This document shows, piece by piece, positions 19,794-28,102 of a DNA stretch of 63,857 bases (positions within the stretch are counted from its first letter, which is position 1; each line of letters starts with the position of its first letter). A program made the translations under genes and the position numbers. Source of the stretch: an uncultured Spirochaetales bacterium. GTDB taxonomy: Bacteria; Spirochaetota; Spirochaetia; Sphaerochaetales; Sphaerochaetaceae. The stretch is from contig CAMEQB010000001.1 of the NCBI GenBank assembly GCA_945932505.1, positions 1-63,857 on the forward strand, given 5' to 3'. The notes beneath the pieces were generated by a model. The model worked only from the letters and a program-made list of their open reading frames with translations. It had not been told where the DNA came from and ran no database searches.

Positions 19794-20689
19794 AGAAGAT
19801 AGCCTTTGTACTATTGGTAATTATCGTTATGTTGGTGGGCACGTCTTGTGTCCACCACTATCCTTATGAGCCGGAGTATTGGTTTCAAGCTCTAGGTGAA
19901 GATGGTGAATATGTACTTACAGCAGATGTTACTAGACTTCAGAATGGTGAGGGAAAGGAAATAGTCGACCCTTCCATCCTATCCAATCCTGTGGCATCAA
20001 AAGCATCAAGAATCTCTCTTTCCCTTATTGCAGAGGATCCTGATGAGGATACATATCCTCTTCCTCTTTCATCCTTTGTGGTTTCAGGTGCAATAGAAGG
20101 AAAGTATTCTCCGTTTATCATCAATAACTCATTGAAGTTCTCAGGTAGTGTAAAAGTAAAGGAAAATGGTATTACCAGATACAAAAGCGGGGCTATGAGT
20201 ATTTATGCTCCAATGAAGAATCTCATCCTTTTCTCTGAGGGAGATTATGATTATCTTTATGAAAGGACTATAGAAAATAGATGGAAGTACATTGATGATG
20301 AAACAGCTTCAGCTATGGCTTCTTCTTTATTCTCTGTATATGTGTTCTCTCCTGAGACTCTGGTGGATATCGGCTTTGAAATCCCTCAGACAGTACTGTC
20401 TGAGATGACCAGAACCTGTATTCTCTTTGATGAGAAAGATGGAGTTTTGGTTATGTCAGGAAGAATCGAGACTACAGGAGATGGCACTGCCAGGGCTCTT
20501 TCAACGTTGTTTAAGAACCAGATAGTCCAAGAAAAGCGACGTAATGGAGAAAAGCTGGATACTAAGGCTCTAGCAGGTATGTTCACAACGAAAGAGAGAA
20601 TTGTCATTATTGATGGCTATCCACTCTCTGGAGATATGAAAGAGAAGGCGAAGAGTCTTATGACAGAGGGAATTGGAGGTTTATTCTAA
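19790..20689 (+). CDS. putative lipoprotein
   Basis: Signal peptide MKKIAFVLLVIIVMLVGTSC with a lipobox-like LVGTSC. The TTG start overlaps the ileS stop, with RBS aaggtgga upstream. No recognisable family. Confidence 0.6.
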   Translation: MKKIAFVLLVIIVMLVGTSCVHHYPYEPEYWFQALGEDGEYVLTADVTRLQNGEGKEIVDPSILSNPVASKASRISLSLIAEDPDEDTYPLPLSSFVVSGAIEGKYSPFIINNSLKFSGSVKVKENGITRYKSGAMSIYAPMKNLILFSEGDYDYLYERTIENRWKYIDDETASAMASSLFSVYVFSPETLVDIGFEIPQTVLSEMTRTCILFDEKDGVLVMSGRIETTGDGTARALSTLFKNQIVQEKRRNGEKLDTKALAGMFTTKERIVIIDGYPLSGDMKEKAKSLMTEGIGGLF

Positions 20690-20914
20690 ATGCCTATTTA
20701 TTCTTATAAGTGTTCTTCTTGTGGAAACACTTACGACGCAATGAAAAGTTTTAGTGAGGCAGACGAGGATGATGTCTGCCCAAAGTGTGGCGGGGACGCA
20801 AAGAGAATGTTCTCTGACCCTGCTGCGGTAATTTATAAAGGATCAGGTTATTATTGTACAGACAACCCTCATAGCGCGGGATGTAACTGTGGCCAGTGTA
20901 AGGGAGGAAATTGA
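20690..20914 (+). CDS. FmdB-family zinc-ribbon protein
   Basis: MPIYSYKCSSCG...CPKCGG...YKGSGYYCTD is the typical FmdB/CxxC_CxxC_SSSS pattern. Confidence 0.75.
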   Translation: MPIYSYKCSSCGNTYDAMKSFSEADEDDVCPKCGGDAKRMFSDPAAVIYKGSGYYCTDNPHSAGCNCGQCKGGN

Positions 20915-21927
20915 TGGAAAAGAAGAGAATCCTTACTGGAGATAGACCGACAGGTCACCTTCATTTAGGACACTATTGTGGATCACTGAAGAGCAGAGTA
21001 GAGCTTCAGGATGACTATGAGGAGTTTATTCTTATAGCAGATGTCCAGGCTCTTACAACTCACTTTGAGAGACCTGAGCTTATCAACGACTCCATTTACC
21101 AGATTACAATGGATAACTTGGCTGTAGGCCTGGACCCTGAGAAGGTCACATTCATTCAGCAGAGTGGTGTTCCGTGTATACATGAACTCACTATGTACTA
21201 CTCTATGATCACTACATGCAATCATCTTTTGATCAACCCGACCATTAAGACAGAAGCTCGAAGCTATGGAATGGAAGATGACAGCAGGGAGTATGACTTC
21301 TCAAAGCTTACTTATGGCTTCTTGGGTTATCCTATCTCACAGACTGCTGACATCACATTCTGTAATGCAGACTTGGTACCGGTGGGGGAAGATCAGGTTC
21401 CTCATATCGAGTTTTCTCGTAGACTTGTAAGAAAGTTCAATGAAATGTATGGAACATCTATCAAAGAACCAGACTACAAACTAAGTAGCGTATCCCGTCT
21501 CTGTGGCCTTGACGGCAACAGTAAAATGGGAAAGAGCCTTGGCAATGCTATCTATCTTTCCGATACTCCAGATGAAGTATGGAACAAAATCAGGAACGCA
21601 AAGACAGATACCAATAGAATCAGCGTAAAGATTCCAGGGAACCCGGATGTTTGTTCTGTATTCCAGTATCACAAGGCATTTAACCCTGATGGCGTTGAAA
21701 GCGTATGCTCTGCATGTAAGAACGCTGAAATGGGCTGCGTAGCATGCAAAAAGATCCTAAACGAGAAGATGAATGCTATCCTTGATCCTATCAGAGAGAA
21801 GAGAAAGTTCTACGAAGAACATAAAGATACTGTCAGAGACATTATCCTTGAAGGTACAAAGAAAGCTAATGAAATTGGAAACGAGAATATTGCAAAAATC
21901 AAAGAAAAGATGCACGTCATCATCTGA
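20914..21927 (+). CDS. trpS: tryptophan--tRNA ligase
   Basis: Class I HIGH-type motif (TGHLHLGH) and KMSKS variant KMGKS. The ATG overlaps the upstream stop (TGATG). Carries a C-terminal Cys cluster (see findings). Confidence 0.95.
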   Translation: MEKKRILTGDRPTGHLHLGHYCGSLKSRVELQDDYEEFILIADVQALTTHFERPELINDSIYQITMDNLAVGLDPEKVTFIQQSGVPCIHELTMYYSMITTCNHLLINPTIKTEARSYGMEDDSREYDFSKLTYGFLGYPISQTADITFCNADLVPVGEDQVPHIEFSRRLVRKFNEMYGTSIKEPDYKLSSVSRLCGLDGNSKMGKSLGNAIYLSDTPDEVWNKIRNAKTDTNRISVKIPGNPDVCSVFQYHKAFNPDGVESVCSACKNAEMGCVACKKILNEKMNAILDPIREKRKFYEEHKDTVRDIILEGTKKANEIGNENIAKIKEKMHVII

Positions 21928-21945
21928 TTTCTTTTAGTCTTAGCC

Positions 21946-21971
21946 TTAATGCCGGAGAAATCCGGCATTAA
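21946..21971 (+). terminator. hairpin terminator after trpS
   Basis: An 11-bp stem, ttaatgccgga / tccggcattaa, with a GAAA loop. The downstream T-tract is weak (ctattctta). Confidence 0.5.
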
Positions 21972-22150
21972 CTATTCTTAAATGCAAGAATATATTTTCA
22001 TAATATGAAATAATATTTTGTAAATCTAAAATGCTATATCTATTAACTTCAATATCAGCTCTTATTATATGAAGAATAAATTATTAATATAAAAGAAATT
22101 ATAAATTAAGATATAGATAAATGAAATTTTTATTGTAATTTCTTTTATTT
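21972..22150. other. extremely AT-rich non-coding tract
   Basis: About 180 bp composed almost only of A/T (for example ttattaatataaaagaaattataaattaagatatagataaatgaaattttt). It contrasts sharply with the flanking composition and has no ORF. Confidence 0.8.
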
Positions 22151-22394
22151 AGGTGTATATTGTTAGCGTAGGTGAGTCCTACGGCAAATCATGTATATTT
22201 AGTTTTGTCTCTCAGACTCTTGAAGACGCAGGAAAGAGAGACCGATTAGTTTAATATTTTTTAATCCTTGCCTATGCTCCTCCTTTCACCCCTCGTTATC
22301 GGTGGGTGTGAGGTTGGATTGTGCCGAATAATAATTTGGTGCATCTTCGCTATTTGCGGAGTTTTTCTTTTTGGATTAATCCGATGGGGCATTT

Positions 22395-23387
22395 ATGAAG
22401 AGAAAGAATGCAGGAAAGGGAAAGAAGAGGAAACAGAGTGTACATGTTTCTGTTGTTGGCAAGCCTAAGAATAACACTGAGAAGCATCTATTAAGCGACA
22501 ATAGGGAATTTGCCTCTATTTTTCAGTTGGTACTTAAGGATGAACGTATAAACCCTGATGAGCTAAGGGATTATAGCGAGACAGATACCGTAACAAAGGT
22601 AGAAGGAGGAGAAATAGCACTATCAAAGGAGTTTGTAAGGGATATAAGAAAACTCTGGGTTAAGACAGATGGAAGAAAAGTTTATCTTTGTATTGAGAAT
22701 CAGACTGAATTAGATGTTAAGGATCAAGTCAGAATGACTTTATATACTCTGGTACACATCCTTTCCATTATGGAGAAAACAGGAGAAGTATTACCTATCG
22801 TTCCGTTAATAATCGTCTGGGGTAAAAAAGGAGAGAATGAGGAACTAAATATTCATGACTTATTTCCCAAAGATACACCAGAAGAAATAATGAAGTATCA
22901 GATGTATCTGAGAATTCCAGTGATATATGTGTTGGGAATAAAAGAGAAGGATGTAGAAATTCTTTCTATTCCTTTGAAAGAAGCAATAATACCTATTCAA
23001 CTAATGAGTAAAGAATTAGAATTCGATCAAGTTGAAAGATATGTAAGTAAACTGAAAAACATAGTTAAGATTATGTTGAGTGATAGTGCCCAAAAAACAG
23101 TAATTGCTGTTACAGGTCATGATTTTTATGAAAATATAAAATTGGGTAAGGAGGATGCTGTGACATTTGGAAGTATAAATGATGTTCTTGAGGACTTAAA
23201 AGTCAAGGTAGCAGCTGATGCCAAAGCTGAAGGAATAACAGAAGGAAGGATTGAAAACTTGGTCGAAAATGTCATCAAGTTGTCTAAGGTCAAAAACTAT
23301 TCCTATGAAGAATCTCTCGATATCCTAGCAGAGGATGAAAAAGAAAAAGAAGAGGCTCTGAAGAGAATTAAAGAATTGGAAAAGTGA
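22395..23387 (+). CDS. Rpn-family recombination-promoting nuclease / PD-(D/E)XK 'putative transposase'
   Basis: Core pattern D...(20 aa)...VYLCIENQTELDVKDQVRMTLYT resembles the D...E-x-Q + RM..Y motif of YhgA/Rpn nucleases. The C-terminal AEGITEGRIENLVENVIKL...EESLDIL resembles the repeat tail of that family. An unusual K/R-rich 30-aa N-terminus is present. Confidence 0.6.
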   Translation: MKRKNAGKGKKRKQSVHVSVVGKPKNNTEKHLLSDNREFASIFQLVLKDERINPDELRDYSETDTVTKVEGGEIALSKEFVRDIRKLWVKTDGRKVYLCIENQTELDVKDQVRMTLYTLVHILSIMEKTGEVLPIVPLIIVWGKKGENEELNIHDLFPKDTPEEIMKYQMYLRIPVIYVLGIKEKDVEILSIPLKEAIIPIQLMSKELEFDQVERYVSKLKNIVKIMLSDSAQKTVIAVTGHDFYENIKLGKEDAVTFGSINDVLEDLKVKVAADAKAEGITEGRIENLVENVIKLSKVKNYSYEESLDILAEDEKEKEEALKRIKELEK

Positions 23388-23409
23388 TCTATAGCTATCA
23401 AAGAAAAAT

Positions 23410-23447
23410 GGTTCGAGGTGATTTATTTCAGCCCCGAACCTTTTCTT
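23410..23447. terminator. hairpin terminator between convergent genes
   Basis: ggttcgagg (23410-23418) pairs with ccccgaacc (23432-23440) with one mismatch, followed by ttttctt. Confidence 0.55.
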
Positions 23448-24588
23448 ATAATGTCCAATTCTGTATTGGCAGTGCAGTCAATATATACAGCACCAAGAAA
23501 CAGAGAGAGAAGAAGTGGAAATACTTGAAGAAGTTTTTCTTTTCTTCAGGATACTCTTTGTTGTATATGGAGAACGTAATAAGTGAAGCTAGAGATCCTA
23601 CAATAGTTCCCATTCCTGCTGCATTTACTCCATATAGTAGTGCAGTATAGTTATTGGAGAAATCTAAGAGAAGAGCAGTTCCTGGAACATTAGAAATGAT
23701 CTGGCTTATACCTAAGCCCCACCAATACTCATTGCCACTAACATGTGTTGATAGGAAATCTTTGACAAATGGAATATCTGCAATAGAGGAAGAGAAGAGG
23801 AAGAAAAGGAAGAAAGTAGACAATAAATAGTAGTCGACTTTCTTAAATACTTTTCTGTCGAATATAAGAAGGGCAGCCAAAACTATTATTACAATATCAA
23901 CAAAGTTAAATACTCTCGTTATGATTTCTACCAAAAGAATAACCAAGAGAGCGAGATAGAATACTCTAAGTCCTCTGTTCTGAGGATCCGGAGCATCATG
24001 CTCGATTCTTTCGTTTGTATATATAGGCTCTTTTGGGTTCTTTCTATATATAAAGTTTACTGCAACAAATAGACCTAATAGCCCCACACCCCACATTGGC
24101 AGCATGTGAAGAATAAAGGAAGAAGGAGAGACCTTTGTATTTGTATATATAAAGAGATTCTGTGGGTTTCCAAATGGAGTCAAGAATGCTCCAGATATAG
24201 CTGCAATGTTCTCTAGTATCACTGTTTGGAGTAGGTATTTCTCTTTCTTTATTCCCTTGAAGATAATTATTGTAAGAGGAACGAATGTGACCAAAGACAC
24301 ATCGTTGGTAATAAAAGGAGCAAGAAAAAATACTACGCCTACAAGAAAATATGTCAGTCCCTTGATGGTCTTAAACCTATCTGTAAGGCAAAAGAAGGGG
24401 TAGAACATCTTCTCTTTCTTAAATCCTTCCAATACTAGAAGAAGCATGAAAAGAGTAAATAGAGTCCTCCAGTCAAGAGACATAAACCTCTCTCCAGTCG
24501 GAGGGGAGAGGATAAGAGACAAAAGGGAAGCGAATAATGCAACTACAAATACAATTTGTTTCTTACAGAATGATTTAAACTTCTCCAT
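23446..24588 (-). CDS. ArsB/NhaD-superfamily (citrate-transporter-like) anion permease
   Basis: About 380 aa and polytopic (10 or more hydrophobic helices). The pattern LDWRTLFTLFMLLLV...PFITNDVSL..FVPLT is typical of the CitMHS/ArsB-like fold. Start set at MEKFK (24588) and overlaps the thiI 3' end. Confidence 0.7.
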   Translation of the reverse strand: MEKFKSFCKKQIVFVVALFASLLSLILSPPTGERFMSLDWRTLFTLFMLLLVLEGFKKEKMFYPFFCLTDRFKTIKGLTYFLVGVVFFLAPFITNDVSLVTFVPLTIIIFKGIKKEKYLLQTVILENIAAISGAFLTPFGNPQNLFIYTNTKVSPSSFILHMLPMWGVGLLGLFVAVNFIYRKNPKEPIYTNERIEHDAPDPQNRGLRVFYLALLVILLVEIITRVFNFVDIVIIVLAALLIFDRKVFKKVDYYLLSTFFLFFLFSSSIADIPFVKDFLSTHVSGNEYWWGLGISQIISNVPGTALLLDFSNNYTALLYGVNAAGMGTIVGSLASLITFSIYNKEYPEEKKNFFKYFHFFSLCFLVLYILTALPIQNWTL

Positions 24589-25801
24589 CGTCTGTTTTTC
24601 TGACCTCCCCGCATTCAATCTCTTCTCCCTGGTCTGAGAATGTGTAGACTACAGTATTCTCTACAGCTTCATCGATGAGGGCATCCATTTTCAAAGAATC
24701 AAAATGCTCTTTCATCTCTTCTTTGTCAGGTCTTGTTACAGGATGCTTTGGTGAGAACACAACGCAGCAGTCTTCATAAGGTAGAATGGATGTTTCATAT
24801 GTGCCGATTGTCTTGGCCCTGTCGATGATCTCTTCTTTATCGAGGCCACATAGAGGTCTCAACACAAGAAGGTCCGTCATGCTGTCTGTAAATGTCATGG
24901 CATCCAAAGTCTGTGATGCTACTTGAGAGACAGCTTCTCCTGTTACAATGGCTACGTCATGATATCTCTTTGAAAGTTTCTCTGCTGTCTGCATCATAGA
25001 AGCTCTGAACATAAGTGTAGCTTCTTCTTCGATTCCATGGTCTCTGATATACTCTTGCCCTTTAGTGAAAGGCACTACGAAAAGCCTTGTTCCCTGCAGG
25101 TAAGGAGCAATGATGGAGGCAAGCTTCTTTACTTTATCGAGAGCCAGTTCGGAAGTATATGGATAGGCATGAAAATAGCAACAATCCAGCTTCAAGCCAC
25201 GTTTTGCCATCGTATATCCAGCAACTGGGCTGTCGATGCCTCCTGAAAGAAGGAGCATGCCTCTTCCTGCTGTTCCTACAGGAAGACCACCTACGCCTTT
25301 CTTGCTATCTGTATAAACAAAGCACTGGTTTCTTATCTCTACAGTGAGAGTGTAGTCGGGGTTTTTAAGGTCTACAGAGAGGTTGGGATAGTATTTCTCT
25401 ACAATATCAGCCAAGGTGATGGCAACCATATGAGAGTCCATAGGAAAGGATTTATCTTCTCTTCTTACATCCACTTTAAAGGAACCTGTATCGCCAAAAG
25501 GATGGGTGGAGAGTATCTCCTCTGTCTTTTCTTTTATTGATTCTATAGTTTTTTCCTTGCATCTTTCACTCAGAGCCCAACCAGTAATGCCGAAGGTTGT
25601 GGACAAAGCCTTTTCTGCCATCTCTCTAGGGCATTTATCATCTACAAATACATAGACTCTGCCTTTTGATTTATCCATGTGGGACTCGTATGGCTTAAGC
25701 TTAGAGCGGATATTAGCCCTCAGCTTTCGCTCAAACATTATTCTATTTCCACCCTTAAGAGATATCTCACCCTCTTTTACCAAGTATAATCTTTCATCCA
25801 T
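24575..25801 (-). CDS. thiI: tRNA 4-thiouridine synthase ThiI (no rhodanese domain)
   Basis: A THUMP-type N-terminus and PP-loop LLSGGIDSPVA. At 408 aa it lacks the C-terminal rhodanese extension. Confidence 0.93.
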   Translation of the reverse strand: MDERLYLVKEGEISLKGGNRIMFERKLRANIRSKLKPYESHMDKSKGRVYVFVDDKCPREMAEKALSTTFGITGWALSERCKEKTIESIKEKTEEILSTHPFGDTGSFKVDVRREDKSFPMDSHMVAITLADIVEKYYPNLSVDLKNPDYTLTVEIRNQCFVYTDSKKGVGGLPVGTAGRGMLLLSGGIDSPVAGYTMAKRGLKLDCCYFHAYPYTSELALDKVKKLASIIAPYLQGTRLFVVPFTKGQEYIRDHGIEEEATLMFRASMMQTAEKLSKRYHDVAIVTGEAVSQVASQTLDAMTFTDSMTDLLVLRPLCGLDKEEIIDRAKTIGTYETSILPYEDCCVVFSPKHPVTRPDKEEMKEHFDSLKMDALIDEAVENTVVYTFSDQGEEIECGEVRKTDDGEV

Positions 25802-26918
25802 TAATTAATTCTCCAAACGCCTTACATAGGCTTATTACATCTTCTTCTTTTGTATCTCTTCCCATACTGATACGTATGGCTCTTTTTGCCTTTTCATTCC
25901 TTATACCCATGGCTTCAAGTATGCCCTCGCTCTTTCCTTTTGCATTGTTGGAGCAGGCTGAGCCGGATGACACGCAGAATCCCTTGTCCATCAGCATTCT
26001 TGTAAAGACCTCTGAAGGAAGTGGAGCTATTATAGAGAGAATATAAGGAGAAGCGGACTCAGGAGATATAATCTCTAAGCCAAGCTTAGATAGAGATTCC
26101 CTTAGCATCTTGTTATATTCTCCGATTCTCTTTTCGTCTTCTTCTCTATTCTCCATCCACTCTGTCAAAGCTTCGTCAAAGGCTGCAACACCAGGAAGGT
26201 TTTCTGTTCCGCCTCTGTGTCCGTTTTCCTGTCCACCTGCGGAGGCGATTGGTCTTATCATCTCTGGGTTCTTGGCATATAACAGTCCTACACCCCTAGG
26301 TCCATTTATTTTGTGGGCTGAGAATGATGCTCCGTCAACATCGCTTCCTTTTAGATCTAGACCTGTCTTTCCCAAAGCCTGGACACTGTCAGAAAAGAAG
26401 AGAATCTTCTTTCCATTCTCTTTTTCATATTTTCTTACACATTCCACAAGGCCCTTGGTATCTTCGATGGCCCCCGTTACATTATTCACTGCCATGACTG
26501 CAACGACCTTCGTATCTGGAGTAAGGGAAGAATAGAGTTCGTCTGGGGAAACGAAGCCACCTTTTGCTTTGATCTTAACAATATTCCAGCCAATTCTCTT
26601 TAGATATGTCATCCAAGAAGTGACAGCTTCGTGCTCTATTCTTGAGACTACAATGGTACCTTTTTCCATCCAAAGAAGGGAAGAGAAGAAGAGAGATATT
26701 GATTCTGTTGCACCTGAAGTAAATATAAGATTCCTCTCGTTTACACCCAACATTGAGGCGATATGACATCTTCTTCTCTCAAGTTCATCTTTTGCCTTTC
26801 TTCCAAGCCTGTGAATTGAAGAAGGGTTTCCTGGATAAAGCTCTGCTGTCTCTATATATGTTTTTGCCGCTCTTTGTGAGAGTGGTGTAGTTGCTGCGTT
26901 GTCAAAGTAGATTTCCAT
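25794..26918 (-). CDS. nifS: cysteine desulfurase (NifS/NifZ-like, class V aminotransferase)
   Basis: PLP lysine motif SFSAHKINGPRGVG and active-site loop SSGSACS. Overlaps thiI by 8 nt. Confidence 0.92.
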   Translation of the reverse strand: MEIYFDNAATTPLSQRAAKTYIETAELYPGNPSSIHRLGRKAKDELERRRCHIASMLGVNERNLIFTSGATESISLFFSSLLWMEKGTIVVSRIEHEAVTSWMTYLKRIGWNIVKIKAKGGFVSPDELYSSLTPDTKVVAVMAVNNVTGAIEDTKGLVECVRKYEKENGKKILFFSDSVQALGKTGLDLKGSDVDGASFSAHKINGPRGVGLLYAKNPEMIRPIASAGGQENGHRGGTENLPGVAAFDEALTEWMENREEDEKRIGEYNKMLRESLSKLGLEIISPESASPYILSIIAPLPSEVFTRMLMDKGFCVSSGSACSNNAKGKSEGILEAMGIRNEKAKRAIRISMGRDTKEEDVISLCKAFGELING

Positions 26919-27049
26919 ACTATGGATTTTCTTCTTTATTCTCTTCTTGGTCTACAAGAGAAGCGCCAATAGAGAGAAAAAGTATAAGGAAGAGAGAAAA
27001 CAAAGTAAGGAATATGGAAGAAAGGAGTGAAAAGATTTAGACTCATTTT

Positions 27050-28093
27050 ATGGATAAGAGATTTGAAGTAACACTCCAGAACGATATTAAGACCAATGTT
27101 TGGTTCACAACTGATAACAACGAAATGAAAGAGAAGATTCTCTCGCTCTCTACCCCTTACGTGATCGTAACAGATGAAAACTCCCTCCAATACTCTCCCG
27201 ATAAAGAGAGGACAGTAGTGTTGGAGAGTGGAGAAGAGAATAAAAACTGGGAAAGCTTAGAGAAGATACTCTCATTCGCCCTCAATCACTCTATGGCAAG
27301 AGATGGTGTCTTTGTTGCAATAGGCGGTGGTGTCGTTTGTGACATGACAGCTCTTGCTTCAGCTCTCTTTATGAGAGGGGCAAGGCTTGTTTTGTGTCCT
27401 ACTACGCTTCTTTCCATGGTTGATGCCTCTCTAGGAGGCAAGGCTGCCATAGATTTCATGAATACAAAGAATACTGTGGGGGCTTTTTATCCAGCTGAGG
27501 ATGTTATTCTTTCTTTTCCTGTTCTTTCCACTCTCTCTGACAAAGAGTTCATGTGTGGTATGGGAGAAGTGGTGAAACATGCATTTTTATCGGAAGATGA
27601 TGCTTTATATAAGTTCCTCTTCAGTAATAGAGACAAGATTCTTGAAAGAGATGAACACGTTTTAGATAAAATGGTGGAGTTGTCTTTAAGAGTAAAGAAG
27701 AGCTACATCGAGCGTGATCCTATGGAGAAGAAGGGCATTAGAAGCGCTCTTAACTTCGGCCATACCTTCGGCCATGCTTTGGAGAGCATTACAGATTACT
27801 CAATAAGTCATGGAGAAGCAGTCGTATGGGGGATGAAGAAAGCTCTTACCAGCGGACTTTGGCAGGGTATTACTCCTCCCGAATTTTATCTCTGGTGCAT
27901 CGACCTTATTTCACAGTTTCCTTTCCTTGACGAGTATACAGTCCAGAAGAAGGACTATGAAAGATTTGTAGAAGCCACAAAGAAAGATAAGAAGAAAAGT
28001 GGGGGAGTTACAAAGTTCGTATTCCTCAAAGGCTTGGGAGAGCCTGTGTTGTCACCACTCTCAGACGATCAGGTGGCTGCAATGATAGTATGA
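27050..28093 (+). CDS. aroB: 3-dehydroquinate synthase
   Basis: GGGVVCDMTALASA, D.SLGGK.AI, and metal ligands in NFGHTFGHALE...HGEAV. Confidence 0.88.
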   Translation: MDKRFEVTLQNDIKTNVWFTTDNNEMKEKILSLSTPYVIVTDENSLQYSPDKERTVVLESGEENKNWESLEKILSFALNHSMARDGVFVAIGGGVVCDMTALASALFMRGARLVLCPTTLLSMVDASLGGKAAIDFMNTKNTVGAFYPAEDVILSFPVLSTLSDKEFMCGMGEVVKHAFLSEDDALYKFLFSNRDKILERDEHVLDKMVELSLRVKKSYIERDPMEKKGIRSALNFGHTFGHALESITDYSISHGEAVVWGMKKALTSGLWQGITPPEFYLWCIDLISQFPFLDEYTVQKKDYERFVEATKKDKKKSGGVTKFVFLKGLGEPVLSPLSDDQVAAMIV

Positions 28094-28102
28094 AGGTGAG
28101 GA

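Noticed and set aside
22268-22468. 66-aa Cys-rich hydrophobic ORF overlapping the start of the Rpn-like gene.
   Set aside because: It has no RBS, overlaps the better-supported 330-aa frame, and its composition looks like chance. It is kept only as part of the unexplained 5' region.
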